Assembly (NCBI GenBank): GCA_963702435.1
Contig: CAVPCR010000001.1
Span: 1,152,001-1,216,000, forward strand
Direction of reading: 5' to 3'
DNA: 64,000 bases
DNA from: Candidatus Eiseniibacteriota bacterium
GTDB lineage: Bacteria > Eisenbacteria > RBG-16-71-46 > CAVPCR01
Shown: positions 19,580-28,362 of the stretch, in pieces
How positions within the stretch are numbered: position 1 is the stretch's first letter
Layout: each line of letters starts with the position of its first letter
Notes under the pieces: generated by a model
The model's input: only the letters and a program-made list of their open reading frames with translations
What the model was told of the DNA's origin: nothing
Database searches by the model: none
Program-made: the position numbers and the translations under genes

Positions 19580-20185
19580 ATGCGACAGATGCGGGCAATC
19601 ATCGGGCTGGGGATCCTGGCCTTCCTCACCGCACTCGGCGGCAGCGCCTGGGCGCAGACCGACTCCACGGCGGCGGCAGTGTCTCTCGCGCCGCGACGCA
19701 CGTCGTGGGTGTCGGGCTTCATGGCGCTACGCGTCGGCGACCTGGTCACGATCGTCATCGACGAAGAGGTGCAGGCCCGCGAGAAGGCAGCGAACTCCGG
19801 ATCCAACCAGCGCTCCCTGAACGCCAGCCTCAGCCTGAACACCGGCACGGTCGATCAGTACGGCCTCGGCGCGAACTGGAACGCCCAGTCGAAGAACAAC
19901 GGCGAGGCCACCCGCCAGGGGGGACTTGCCGGCGTCATGAGCGCCACGGTGGTCGCGGTGAACGCAGCGGGAGTCGCCACGGTCAAGGGTCGCAAGACCG
20001 TCTCGATCGACGGCCGCAACCAGGAGATGACGCTGGAAGGACTCGTGCGACCGCAAGATCTCACCTATAACAACGTCATCAACTCGAATCGACTCGCCGA
20101 CGCCACGATCACCTACAAGGGCAAGAAGATGGGCCCGCAGCAGGGCATCATCGGGAAGGTGCTGTCCATCGTATGGCCATTCTGA
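19580..20185 (+). CDS. flgH: L-ring protein FlgH
   Basis: VGDLVTIVIDE, GLVRPQDLTYNNVINSNRLADA, C-terminal WPF; GGAGG RBS. Confidence 0.92.
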   Translation: MRQMRAIIGLGILAFLTALGGSAWAQTDSTAAAVSLAPRRTSWVSGFMALRVGDLVTIVIDEEVQAREKAANSGSNQRSLNASLSLNTGTVDQYGLGANWNAQSKNNGEATRQGGLAGVMSATVVAVNAAGVATVKGRKTVSIDGRNQEMTLEGLVRPQDLTYNNVINSNRLADATITYKGKKMGPQQGIIGKVLSIVWPF

Positions 20186-21228
20186 GAACGACCAGGCGCG
20201 CCCTCGTGGCTCTGACGCTGATGGCGGTGACGACGGCGCTGCCGTCCTCCGCATCGCCATCAGCCTCCCGGGTGCGCGATCTCACGATCCACTCCGGCGA
20301 GGTTCCTCGGCGGCTCCTGGGCTACGGTCTCGTCGTCGGCCTGAACGGCACCGGGGATCGCAGCTTCGGCGGTTACTCCTCGCGCAGCGCCACCGTGCAT
20401 TCGGTGATCAACTTGCTGCGTCGATTCGGCGTCGAAGTGCCCGCACCCTATCTGCGGCTGCGCAATGTCGCCGCCGTGCTGGTGACGGCCGAGACCTCGC
20501 CCTACTTGCGTGCCGGCGGGCGCTTCGAGGTCCAGGTCTCGGCACTGGGCGATGCGGTTTCGATCGAAGGCGGCGTGCTGTGGATCACGCCGCTGGTCAC
20601 CGACCCGAGCGAACCCGCGGTGGCCACCGCTCAGGGGCCGGTGCTGGTCGCGGCGCAAGACAACCGGCGCGGACTCTACTTCGCCCTGAGCAACTCCGGG
20701 CGCATCCCCGACGGCGGGATCCTCGAGGTCGACCCCTTGCCGGTATCCGACCAGGGCTCGCGACTCCTCCTCCGGCGGCCGGACCGGGTGTCGGCCGCCG
20801 CGATCGCCGCCGCGATCAACACCTCGATCGGCACCGGCACCGCAACCGTAGAGGACCCGGGTGCGATCCGGCTCACCTTGCCCGGCGACCCGGGTTCGGC
20901 ACTGGCCGCCATCGACACCGTGCTCGTCGAGCTGGAGGGTCCAGCCCGCATCGTGATCCACGGCGCCGACGGCACCGTCGTCGCGGGCGGCGACATGCGG
21001 ATCGGATCAGCGACCGTCCACCACAGCGGGATCACGCTGCAGGTTGGAGGCGAGTCCACGGACGCTCAAGCCGGCGCCAGCGGCTACCTGCAGGTGCCGC
21101 CGCAGTCGTTCGTCCAGGACGTTGCCGCCGGCCTGCATGCGATCGGCGCTTCGGCACCGGAAGTCGCCGCCATCTTCGAGGCGCTGCGCGACGCCGGGGC
21201 GATCTCGGCCGAGGTGACCGTGCGATGA
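20173..21228 (+). CDS. flgI: P-ring protein FlgI
   Basis: LLGYGLVVGLNGTGD, NVAAVLVTA, SALGDAVSIEGG. Confidence 0.95.
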   Translation: MAILRTTRRALVALTLMAVTTALPSSASPSASRVRDLTIHSGEVPRRLLGYGLVVGLNGTGDRSFGGYSSRSATVHSVINLLRRFGVEVPAPYLRLRNVAAVLVTAETSPYLRAGGRFEVQVSALGDAVSIEGGVLWITPLVTDPSEPAVATAQGPVLVAAQDNRRGLYFALSNSGRIPDGGILEVDPLPVSDQGSRLLLRRPDRVSAAAIAAAINTSIGTGTATVEDPGAIRLTLPGDPGSALAAIDTVLVELEGPARIVIHGADGTVVAGGDMRIGSATVHHSGITLQVGGESTDAQAGASGYLQVPPQSFVQDVAAGLHAIGASAPEVAAIFEALRDAGAISAEVTVR

Positions 21229-21557
21229 CTACCGAGGCGACTTCGGCTCTGGCGGCGGGGGCCCGCCCGGCGCGCAACCATGCCGAGCAGCTACGCCGGA
21301 TGTGCCATGAACTGGAGGCGACGTTTCTCCGCCAGCTCTTCGCCGCCATGCGCGAGGGCATCCACGAGGAAGGTGACCTCCCGTGGGACCCGCCCGCCGG
21401 CGAAGAGATCTTCAACGCGATGCTCGATGATCGGCTCGCGAGCACAGCAGTCGCTCGAATGCCCCGCGGCCTGGGAGAGACCATGTACCGCCAGCTCGTC
21501 GAACGCCTGAATCTGGGCGCCTCGACCCCGGGAAACGATCTGAGAACGGAGGAGTGA
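21225..21557 (+). CDS. flgJ: Rod-binding protein FlgJ (short form, no muramidase domain)
   Basis: LRRMCHELEATFLRQLFAAMR...FNAMLD...GLGETMYRQL; 110 aa. Confidence 0.88.
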   Translation: MTTEATSALAAGARPARNHAEQLRRMCHELEATFLRQLFAAMREGIHEEGDLPWDPPAGEEIFNAMLDDRLASTAVARMPRGLGETMYRQLVERLNLGASTPGNDLRTEE

Positions 21558-21560
21558 CGC

Positions 21561-22112
21561 GTGTCCGAAAAGCAGTTCCCAGCCCCGATCACCGAGAGTG
21601 CGAACCGGGACACCCCCGCCACGCAGGATCGCCGGGAAGAGCTGGCCTTGGCCATGCTTCGCGAGACTCTCGTGTTGCACGAGCTACTCGAGGCCTTGAC
21701 CGAGCAGCGCACGGCAGTCGCCGCTGGGGAGATCGAGGTCTTGAACAGGTGCACGCAACGAGTGTCTGCAATCGTCAATGATCTCGAAGCCGCTCGTGCC
21801 CATCGCCGTGGGGTCATGCTCGCGGCAGGGGCGGACCAGGGCACACCGGTGGCATCTCTCCAGGCGAGTCTCGGCAACGAGATCTCACCGGCATTCGAGC
21901 GGGCACACACGGACTTGATGAGGGCCGCGCGCGCGGCCACGCAGGAGCTTGCCATCAATCGTCGCGTGCTGGAGCTCGCCATTGAGCGCAGCGAGTCGCT
22001 CATGCGCACGGTCTTCGCCGCCGCCGGCGAGGAACGCGGAGTCTACCGCTCGCCGGCCAACCGTTCGGAGCGGCTCGAACCCGGCGCCGTCTTCGTCAAC
22101 AGGATGGCGTGA
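21561..22112 (+). CDS. flgN: FlgN-like export chaperone
   Basis: Helical protein, INRRVLELAI motif, directly upstream of flgK; GGAGG RBS. Confidence 0.72.
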   Translation: MSEKQFPAPITESANRDTPATQDRREELALAMLRETLVLHELLEALTEQRTAVAAGEIEVLNRCTQRVSAIVNDLEAARAHRRGVMLAAGADQGTPVASLQASLGNEISPAFERAHTDLMRAARAATQELAINRRVLELAIERSESLMRTVFAAAGEERGVYRSPANRSERLEPGAVFVNRMA

Positions 22113-22113
22113 C

Positions 22114-23481
22114 ATGTCTCTTGCCCGTATCCTCGGCATTGCCCGGTCGGCACTCCTCGCCCATCAACAGGCCATGAGTGTCACGGCCAACAACATCGCG
22201 AACGCGCAGACGGCCGGCTATTCCCGCCAGCGTCTCATCCTGCAAGCCATTGGCGGCGACGGCGGATCACGGCTCGCGTTCGGCGGCGGTGTTCGCGCCG
22301 GACACCTCGAGCGCATCCGGGACTCCTTCTTCGATACCACGTATTGGCGCGAATCCGGGCCCCTCGGGACCGCGGTGACCACTCGCCAGTTTCTCGAGGG
22401 AGTCGAGACCGCGGTCAATGAGCCCTCGGAGTTCGGCGTGGGGGCCGCCCTGGACGGCATGTTCCAGGCCTTCGGGGATCTCGCCAATGCTCCCTCCGAT
22501 CAGTCCTCGCGGGAGGGGGTCCGCCGGGCAGCTCAGCAGTTCGTGACGCGGATGCGCAGCCTGGATACCGCGATCCGGGGCTCCCTCGACGAGGCGAACG
22601 CCCGCCTGTCGTCGCAGGTGGACGAGGTGAACGAGATCACCCGGCAGATTGCGGAGTTGAACGGCCGCATCGCCGACGCCCGGGCGGGAGGACGAGAGGA
22701 TCCCGCGCTGCTCGACCAGCGCGATCTCCTGGTGGATCGGCTCTCGGAGCTGGTTCAAGTCGAGGTGCGTACAGCCGGCGACGGAACGCTCACCATCACC
22801 GCCGGCGGGACCGCACTCGTCAATCAAGCGGCGAGCCTCGATCTGCACGTCGAGACCCTCCCGGGCGGCGGCAGTGCGGTGGCCGGACCGGACGGCGGCG
22901 CGCTCGCCCTCACGGGGGGGAGCATCAAGGCGCTCACCGACCTGGCCTCGCACACCTTGCCGGACTTCCTCGCCCGGCTCGACACCCTGGCCGCGACGGT
23001 CGTCACCGAGGTGAACACGCTCCATCAGGCCGGGTATACCCTGGACGGCCGCTCCGGTCAGGACTTCTTCGCTCCCGCGGGGACCACCGCGCGCACCATC
23101 GCTCTCTCCGCCGACGTGCTCACCTCGACCGCGTCCATCGCCGCCGGCCTGAGCCCGCAGGAGGGCGACGGCGGCAACGCCCTCGCCCTGGCCGGGCTCC
23201 GGGATTCCAGGCTCGCCGCCCTCGGCGATCAGACTGCAGGCGGCTTCTACACGGGATTCGTCGCCTCGATCGGACTCCTGGTGCGAGAGGCGGGCGCCGA
23301 CGAATCCGCCGCGCAGGCCATGGTCGACGCCGCCGCTACCCGGCGCGCCAGTGTGAGCGGAGTGTCGATCGACGAGGAGATGGTGAACATGATCGGCGAG
23401 CAGGAAGCTTATGCTGCCGCGGCGCGACTGATCAGTGTCGCCGATCAGATGGTCCAGGAGCTGCTGCAGGTCATCCGCTGA
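22114..23481 (+). CDS. flgK: Hook-associated protein FlgK
   Basis: TANNIANAQTAGYSRQR, LLDQRDLLVDRLS, SGVSIDEEMVNMI. Confidence 0.95.
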   Translation: MSLARILGIARSALLAHQQAMSVTANNIANAQTAGYSRQRLILQAIGGDGGSRLAFGGGVRAGHLERIRDSFFDTTYWRESGPLGTAVTTRQFLEGVETAVNEPSEFGVGAALDGMFQAFGDLANAPSDQSSREGVRRAAQQFVTRMRSLDTAIRGSLDEANARLSSQVDEVNEITRQIAELNGRIADARAGGREDPALLDQRDLLVDRLSELVQVEVRTAGDGTLTITAGGTALVNQAASLDLHVETLPGGGSAVAGPDGGALALTGGSIKALTDLASHTLPDFLARLDTLAATVVTEVNTLHQAGYTLDGRSGQDFFAPAGTTARTIALSADVLTSTASIAAGLSPQEGDGGNALALAGLRDSRLAALGDQTAGGFYTGFVASIGLLVREAGADESAAQAMVDAAATRRASVSGVSIDEEMVNMIGEQEAYAAAARLISVADQMVQELLQVIR

Positions 23482-24292
23482 GAGAGTCCGCTCGCACCGA
23501 GTCTGCCGCGTCCGCGCCTCCTCCGCCCATCAGGAGGAGCATGATAGTGACCCGGCGGTTCCGTCCGGAGTAGGGATCATCCTGCACCCGGAGCTCCCGA
23601 TCGGCCATGGCGCGCACCTGCGTTACCTGCGCAGGATCGAGTCCCTTCTCGATCATGATCCGGCGGGCGGCGTTCGCCCGGTCGGCGCTGAGCTCCCAGT
23701 TCGTGTAGCCCTCGCCCTTGTGGAACGGATGGGAATCGGTGTGGCCCTCGATGCGCACGGGAAAGGCGAGGGCCCCCAGCTCGGCGCCGAGAACCGCGAA
23801 GATCTGCCGCCCGCGCACCGTGGGCACCGGTTCGCCCTTCTCGAAGAAGAAGTCGTTGACATTGTCGATCAACTCGATGCGGAGACCTTCGTTGGTCAGG
23901 GTGATCTCCACATTACCGGCAGCTGATCCCAGCTCCGGACTCGCGGCGAAGCGTTCTTTCAGGCGGTGAGCGGCGTTCTGCATCCGATCACGGCGAACGT
24001 CGGCGACATCGGCCGGGTTCATCGGCTGGCTCACAGCCTGGGTCTGGGCGCCGCTCCCCGGGATGATCGAGCTGCCGTACTCGTCGCCTCGCCCCAGGGG
24101 ATCCTGGAAGTAGCCCGCGATCGCAGACTTGATGTCCGAGCTCTGGTTGATGAGCCAGAGGACGAGGAACAAGCAGAACATCGCCGACATGAAGTCGGCG
24201 AGCGCCACCTTCCATGCGCCACCGTGGTGCGCTTCATGCCGCTTCTTTCTGCGGACTATGATCTGGACGTTCGCTTCGCGGTCTCGCTTCAT
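23471..24292 (-). CDS. motB: Stator protein MotB
   Basis: HHGGAWKVALADFMSAMF with the conserved Asp; OmpA-like IEGHTD, NWELSADRANAAR, NRRV. Confidence 0.96.
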   Translation of the reverse strand: MKRDREANVQIIVRRKKRHEAHHGGAWKVALADFMSAMFCLFLVLWLINQSSDIKSAIAGYFQDPLGRGDEYGSSIIPGSGAQTQAVSQPMNPADVADVRRDRMQNAAHRLKERFAASPELGSAAGNVEITLTNEGLRIELIDNVNDFFFEKGEPVPTVRGRQIFAVLGAELGALAFPVRIEGHTDSHPFHKGEGYTNWELSADRANAARRIMIEKGLDPAQVTQVRAMADRELRVQDDPYSGRNRRVTIMLLLMGGGGADAADSVRADSLSG

Positions 24293-24319
24293 CGTCTCAG
24301 TCCGGGTCTTGCCCCAGGT

Positions 24320-25216
24320 CTAGGCAGCCCGCGCCATGTCCACGACTTCCTCCGCTGGGCGTCGCTTGAGATCCTGAAACACCTGCTCCATTTCCTCGAA
24401 GCCGGGCCGCACCTCGGAGAAGATGGAGCGCCGCGCAAACTCGACGGCGATGAGGGGCGAGGCCCCCTTCGCGAGCGCCACCACGCTCGCCCGGAGGAAA
24501 GAGTAGAAACGGCTCTCCAGCGCCTGGTGGTTCTCGATGGTGTTGGCCAGCGGGCCGGCGAATCCATAGGCGCCGAAGACGCCGAGAAACGTTCCGGTGA
24601 GGGCGGCGGCCACGTGCTCGCCGATCCGCTCGATCGGTCCGTTGATGGAGCTCATCGTGATGACGATGCCGAGAACGGCCGCCACGATGCCGATGCCGGG
24701 AAGCGCATCGCTCACCCGCAGGAGCACTTTCACCGTCATGTTCTCCTGCTCGTGCTGAACCTCGATATCGCTTTCCAGCATCATGTCGAGGTCATGCGGC
24801 GAGACGCCGCCCATGAGCACGAGGCGGAGCGAGTCGCGCATGAAGCCGATGGCGTGGTGCTGGGCGAGCACGCGCGGGTACTTCTTGAAGATGGTGCTGT
24901 TCTCGGGATCCTCGACGTGGGGTTCGATGGCCACGAGGCCGTCGCGCTGCGCGAGCTGAAAGAGCTCGTAGAGCATCTGCAGCGCATCGAGATAGAGGAC
25001 CTTGGTGAACGGCGACGGGCGGACGACCCGCACGAGATCGCGCAGGAGAGCGCGGAGCGTCGCCGGCGGAGTGGAGATGATGATCGTGCCGAGAGCGGTG
25101 CCGCCCACCACCAGGAACTCGGAGATATGAAAAAGCGCAGGTGGCTTGCCTCCGGCCAGCATGAAGCCGCCGAGAACCGATCCGACCACGACCAAGAGGC
25201 CGACAAGGGTGGACAC
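24320..25216 (-). CDS. motA: Stator protein MotA
   Basis: GTG start at 25216; RDGLVAIE, DALPGIGIVAAVLG, ALTGTFLG, AVEFARR. Confidence 0.95.
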   Translation of the reverse strand: MSTLVGLLVVVGSVLGGFMLAGGKPPALFHISEFLVVGGTALGTIIISTPPATLRALLRDLVRVVRPSPFTKVLYLDALQMLYELFQLAQRDGLVAIEPHVEDPENSTIFKKYPRVLAQHHAIGFMRDSLRLVLMGGVSPHDLDMMLESDIEVQHEQENMTVKVLLRVSDALPGIGIVAAVLGIVITMSSINGPIERIGEHVAAALTGTFLGVFGAYGFAGPLANTIENHQALESRFYSFLRASVVALAKGASPLIAVEFARRSIFSEVRPGFEEMEQVFQDLKRRPAEEVVDMARAA

Positions 25217-25265
25217 GTCTGCCTTTCGTGACTGGGTGGGCCTGCCTGCGCTGTCTGTGCCGGGG

Positions 25266-25292
25266 TTATCGGCCCCCCCGGAAGGCACTTGA
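25266..25292 (-). promoter_or_regulatory. sigma28 promoter for motAB
   Basis: Minus strand TCAA-N15-GCCGATAA (perfect -10 and spacer), about 50 nt upstream of motA. Confidence 0.85.
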
Positions 25293-25427
25293 GTCCTGCA
25301 ACCCTCCCCCTGGACCGGCGCTGCAACTCGCACGCCGGACATGGCACTACGCACGACTCGCCGCCCTGGCGAGTGCAGGATGCATGTGGCCAAGGTGACA
25401 CAGACCCCACCTTTCGGAGGCGCCCCC

Positions 25428-25454
25428 TCTAGTTCAGGAAGAGCGCACCGATAC
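25428..25454 (+). promoter_or_regulatory. Possible sigma28 promoter for the PilB/GspE-HDOD pair
   Basis: TCTA-N15-ACCGATAC, 43 nt upstream of ATG 25498; overlaps the 8-bp inverted repeat CCTCTAGT/ACTAGAGG. Confidence 0.5.
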
Positions 25455-25497
25455 TAGAGGTCGGCTCCATGTCAGCCGGAGGAGACTGCAAACAGCC

Positions 25498-27465
25498 ATG
25501 CCACTAGCACGACTGCGCGACTCCCGCCAGGAAGCCGCCACCGAGACGGCCTTGACCCCGATGCCACCGGACCTGTTCCTCGTCAAGGAGGGTCTGGTCA
25601 ATGAGGAGCAGGTCGAACGAGCTCGCCGCATTGCCTCCCGCATGCGCAGTCCCAAACCTCCCTGGGAGGTGCTCGTCGATCTGGGCCTGCTTGCGCGCTC
25701 CGAAATGGAGCGCGTCGTAAAGACCTACCGGACGCACCTCAGCGTCGCGGACATCCTCCATGAAGACGGAATCCTCGATGAGAACGGTCTCCGCAAGTAC
25801 CATGAGGCCTGCGCCCAGAAACCAACGCCGTCGGACCGGGACATCCTCGTCGGCGGCGAGTTTGTCAGCGAGCAGCAGTACCTCCATGCTCTTGCCACCA
25901 AGCTCGACATCCCCTACCTGGAGCCGGAGATCGCGCCGCTCGATGAACAGGTCCTGCAGCGGGTGTCGATCCCTTACCTCGTGCGCAAGCGGCTGCTGCC
26001 GGTGCGGGTCGCCGACGGATCGGTCACCGTGATCATGCAGGACCCCCTCGACCAGGAAGCGCTGGCGGAGATGCGCCGGATATACAAGATGCCGGTCAAG
26101 CCCGCTTGCGCCCCCGGGGAAAACATTGCGGCGGCGCTGAACCGCTTGCAGAATCGCAACAAGGACGTGGCGGATCCTGAGGGGACGATTGCGCTCAAGT
26201 ACCGCGAGATCCGCGAGATCGACGAAGGTGAGGATATTGGCATCGAGGCCGTGCGTATCGTGGATCATCTTCTGTATCGGGCCATCCAGATGCATGCCAG
26301 CGACATCCATATCGAGCCCTTGCAGCGGAAGCTGGTCGTGCGAGTACGGATCGACGGCGTCATGCAACTGCTCACCGAGCTGCCCGCCGACATCGCCCCG
26401 CGCATCGCCGCCCGAGTGAAGGTGCTGTGCAACGCCGACCTCGCCGAGCGGCGGCTCCACCAGGACGGACGGATCTTCGCGATGGTCGATGGCAAGGAAG
26501 TGGACATGCGGGTGTCCATCTACGTCTCGATGTTCGGCGAGACCATGGTCATTCGAATCCTCGATCGCCGCCGCGGGCTCATGGCGCTGGAGGGGCTGGG
26601 GTTCGAGCCGGCTGTCCTGAGTCTGCTCCGGGAAGTCGTGCTGCGCTCTGCCTCGGGTCTCACACTCATGACCGGACCGACGGGCAGCGGCAAGACGACC
26701 ACCCTGTACTCATTCATCGACTCCATGCTGGACGGGACCAGCAAGATCATCACCTGCGAGGACCCGGTCGAGTACGTGCTGGATGGCACCACCCAGTGCT
26801 CTCTCAACGCCAGAGCCGGCCAGACTTTCGCCGACTCGATTCGGGCGATGGTGCGACAGGATCCTGACATCATTGTGATCGGGGAGATCCGCGACCAGGA
26901 GACTGCACACTATGCGGTGGAGGCAGCGTTGACCGGCCACAAGGTCCTCAGTACATTTCATACCGAGGACACCGTGGGCGCGGTGGTGCGCCTCCTCGAG
27001 ATGGGCATCGAACCCTTCCTGGTCGCCTCCACCATGGGCGCGATCATCGGGCAGCGCTTGATCCGCAAGCTCTGTCCGCAGTGCTCGCGGCAGGGAACGC
27101 CGTCCAAGCGGGACCTGCGCTATCTCGGCCTGACGCGGGAGAGCCTTGGTGGCGTGCCGGTGCCGGAGCGTGTTGGCTGCGGACACTGTGGCGGTACTGG
27201 CTACCGGGGTCGCTGCGGCATCTACGAGGTGCTCGTCCCGGACGACGACTTCCGGGACGCCATCCTGCGCCGCGCACCGTCACGGGAACTGCGCACCCAT
27301 GCCAGGAAGCTGACCGGTTTTCTCACCCTGCAGGAGGACGGACTGCTCAAGGTGATGGCTGGCATCACGACTCTGAGCGAGCTGGCCGACTGCGTCCCCC
27401 GCGATGTCGATGCCCGGCCCCTGACCTTGCTGCGCGAAGTCGCCTCCAGGAAGAACCTGCAATGA
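25498..27465 (+). CDS. GspE/PilB-family secretion ATPase with MshEN-like N-terminal repeats
   Basis: ASDIHIEP, Walker A GPTGSGKTTT, EDPVEY, RQDPDIIVIGEIRD, ALTGHKVLSTFH, CPQC/CGHC zinc site. Confidence 0.93.
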   Translation: MPLARLRDSRQEAATETALTPMPPDLFLVKEGLVNEEQVERARRIASRMRSPKPPWEVLVDLGLLARSEMERVVKTYRTHLSVADILHEDGILDENGLRKYHEACAQKPTPSDRDILVGGEFVSEQQYLHALATKLDIPYLEPEIAPLDEQVLQRVSIPYLVRKRLLPVRVADGSVTVIMQDPLDQEALAEMRRIYKMPVKPACAPGENIAAALNRLQNRNKDVADPEGTIALKYREIREIDEGEDIGIEAVRIVDHLLYRAIQMHASDIHIEPLQRKLVVRVRIDGVMQLLTELPADIAPRIAARVKVLCNADLAERRLHQDGRIFAMVDGKEVDMRVSIYVSMFGETMVIRILDRRRGLMALEGLGFEPAVLSLLREVVLRSASGLTLMTGPTGSGKTTTLYSFIDSMLDGTSKIITCEDPVEYVLDGTTQCSLNARAGQTFADSIRAMVRQDPDIIVIGEIRDQETAHYAVEAALTGHKVLSTFHTEDTVGAVVRLLEMGIEPFLVASTMGAIIGQRLIRKLCPQCSRQGTPSKRDLRYLGLTRESLGGVPVPERVGCGHCGGTGYRGRCGIYEVLVPDDDFRDAILRRAPSRELRTHARKLTGFLTLQEDGLLKVMAGITTLSELADCVPRDVDARPLTLLREVASRKNLQ

Positions 27466-28322
27466 CCACCACCATGCAGAATGTCGAGCGCCCGTTGACC
27501 CAAGAGGTGCGGGATCTTGCCCTCAGCGGAGAGGTTGTCCTGCCACCGCTTCCAGAAGTGGCTCACCGCGTGATCGAGCTGCTCAGCGACCTCTCCAAGG
27601 CGGACTATCGCATGGTCGCTGACGTTCTCCACTCCGATCCAGCGATCACCGCAGTCCTCCTGCGGATGGCGAACTCGGCGTTCTTTGGCGGACTCCAGCC
27701 GATCAGCGATCCGGGGCAGGCCCTGGCGCGTCTGGGCGTGAAGCGAGTGGTATCCCTGGTGACAACCTTGGCCACCAAGGGGCAGTTCGAGATCGTCGAC
27801 CCGTTCAAGACCGACCTGTTGCGCGGGCTGTGGACCCACTCGGTGGGCTCCGGGCTGGCCGCCCGGCGCCTGGCTGGGCTCACCGGCGGCGACGCCGAGG
27901 AGTCCTACCTCGCTGGGCTGCTGCACGACATCGGCAAGCTCCTGGCCCTGAAGACCATGGATCACCTGTCGCAGCGCCGTCCCGAGATCGAACTGAGCCC
28001 GATCATCATGAGCGAGGTGCTGCAAGCGTGCCATGCGGAGCTGGGCCACCGGGTGCTGACGGATTGGCACCTTCCGTCTTCCATCTGCCAGGCGGTGCTG
28101 GTGCACCACGATGACACCGGTACGATCAGGGACGGTCTCGCGATGCGGGTCCAGGCCGCGGACGCGATAACGCGCAAGATCGGCGCGCATCCGAAACCCG
28201 ACCCCAACCTCGTCCTGGAGGATCTGCCGGCCATTGAACGGCTCGGGCTTTCCGATCTCGAGCTCGCCGCCCTGATGGTCGATCTGGAGGACGAGATCGC
28301 GAATCTGCAGCGCCTGCTCTAG
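27462..28322 (+). CDS. Stand-alone HDOD domain protein
   Basis: LPPLPEVA, SDPAITAVLLRMANSAFF, AGLLHDIGKL; ATGA overlap with the ATPase gene. Confidence 0.92.
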   Translation: MTTTMQNVERPLTQEVRDLALSGEVVLPPLPEVAHRVIELLSDLSKADYRMVADVLHSDPAITAVLLRMANSAFFGGLQPISDPGQALARLGVKRVVSLVTTLATKGQFEIVDPFKTDLLRGLWTHSVGSGLAARRLAGLTGGDAEESYLAGLLHDIGKLLALKTMDHLSQRRPEIELSPIIMSEVLQACHAELGHRVLTDWHLPSSICQAVLVHHDDTGTIRDGLAMRVQAADAITRKIGAHPKPDPNLVLEDLPAIERLGLSDLELAALMVDLEDEIANLQRLL

Positions 28323-28362
28323 TCAGCACGCGGCGGCGCACTCCCTTCACGGAAACGAGACG

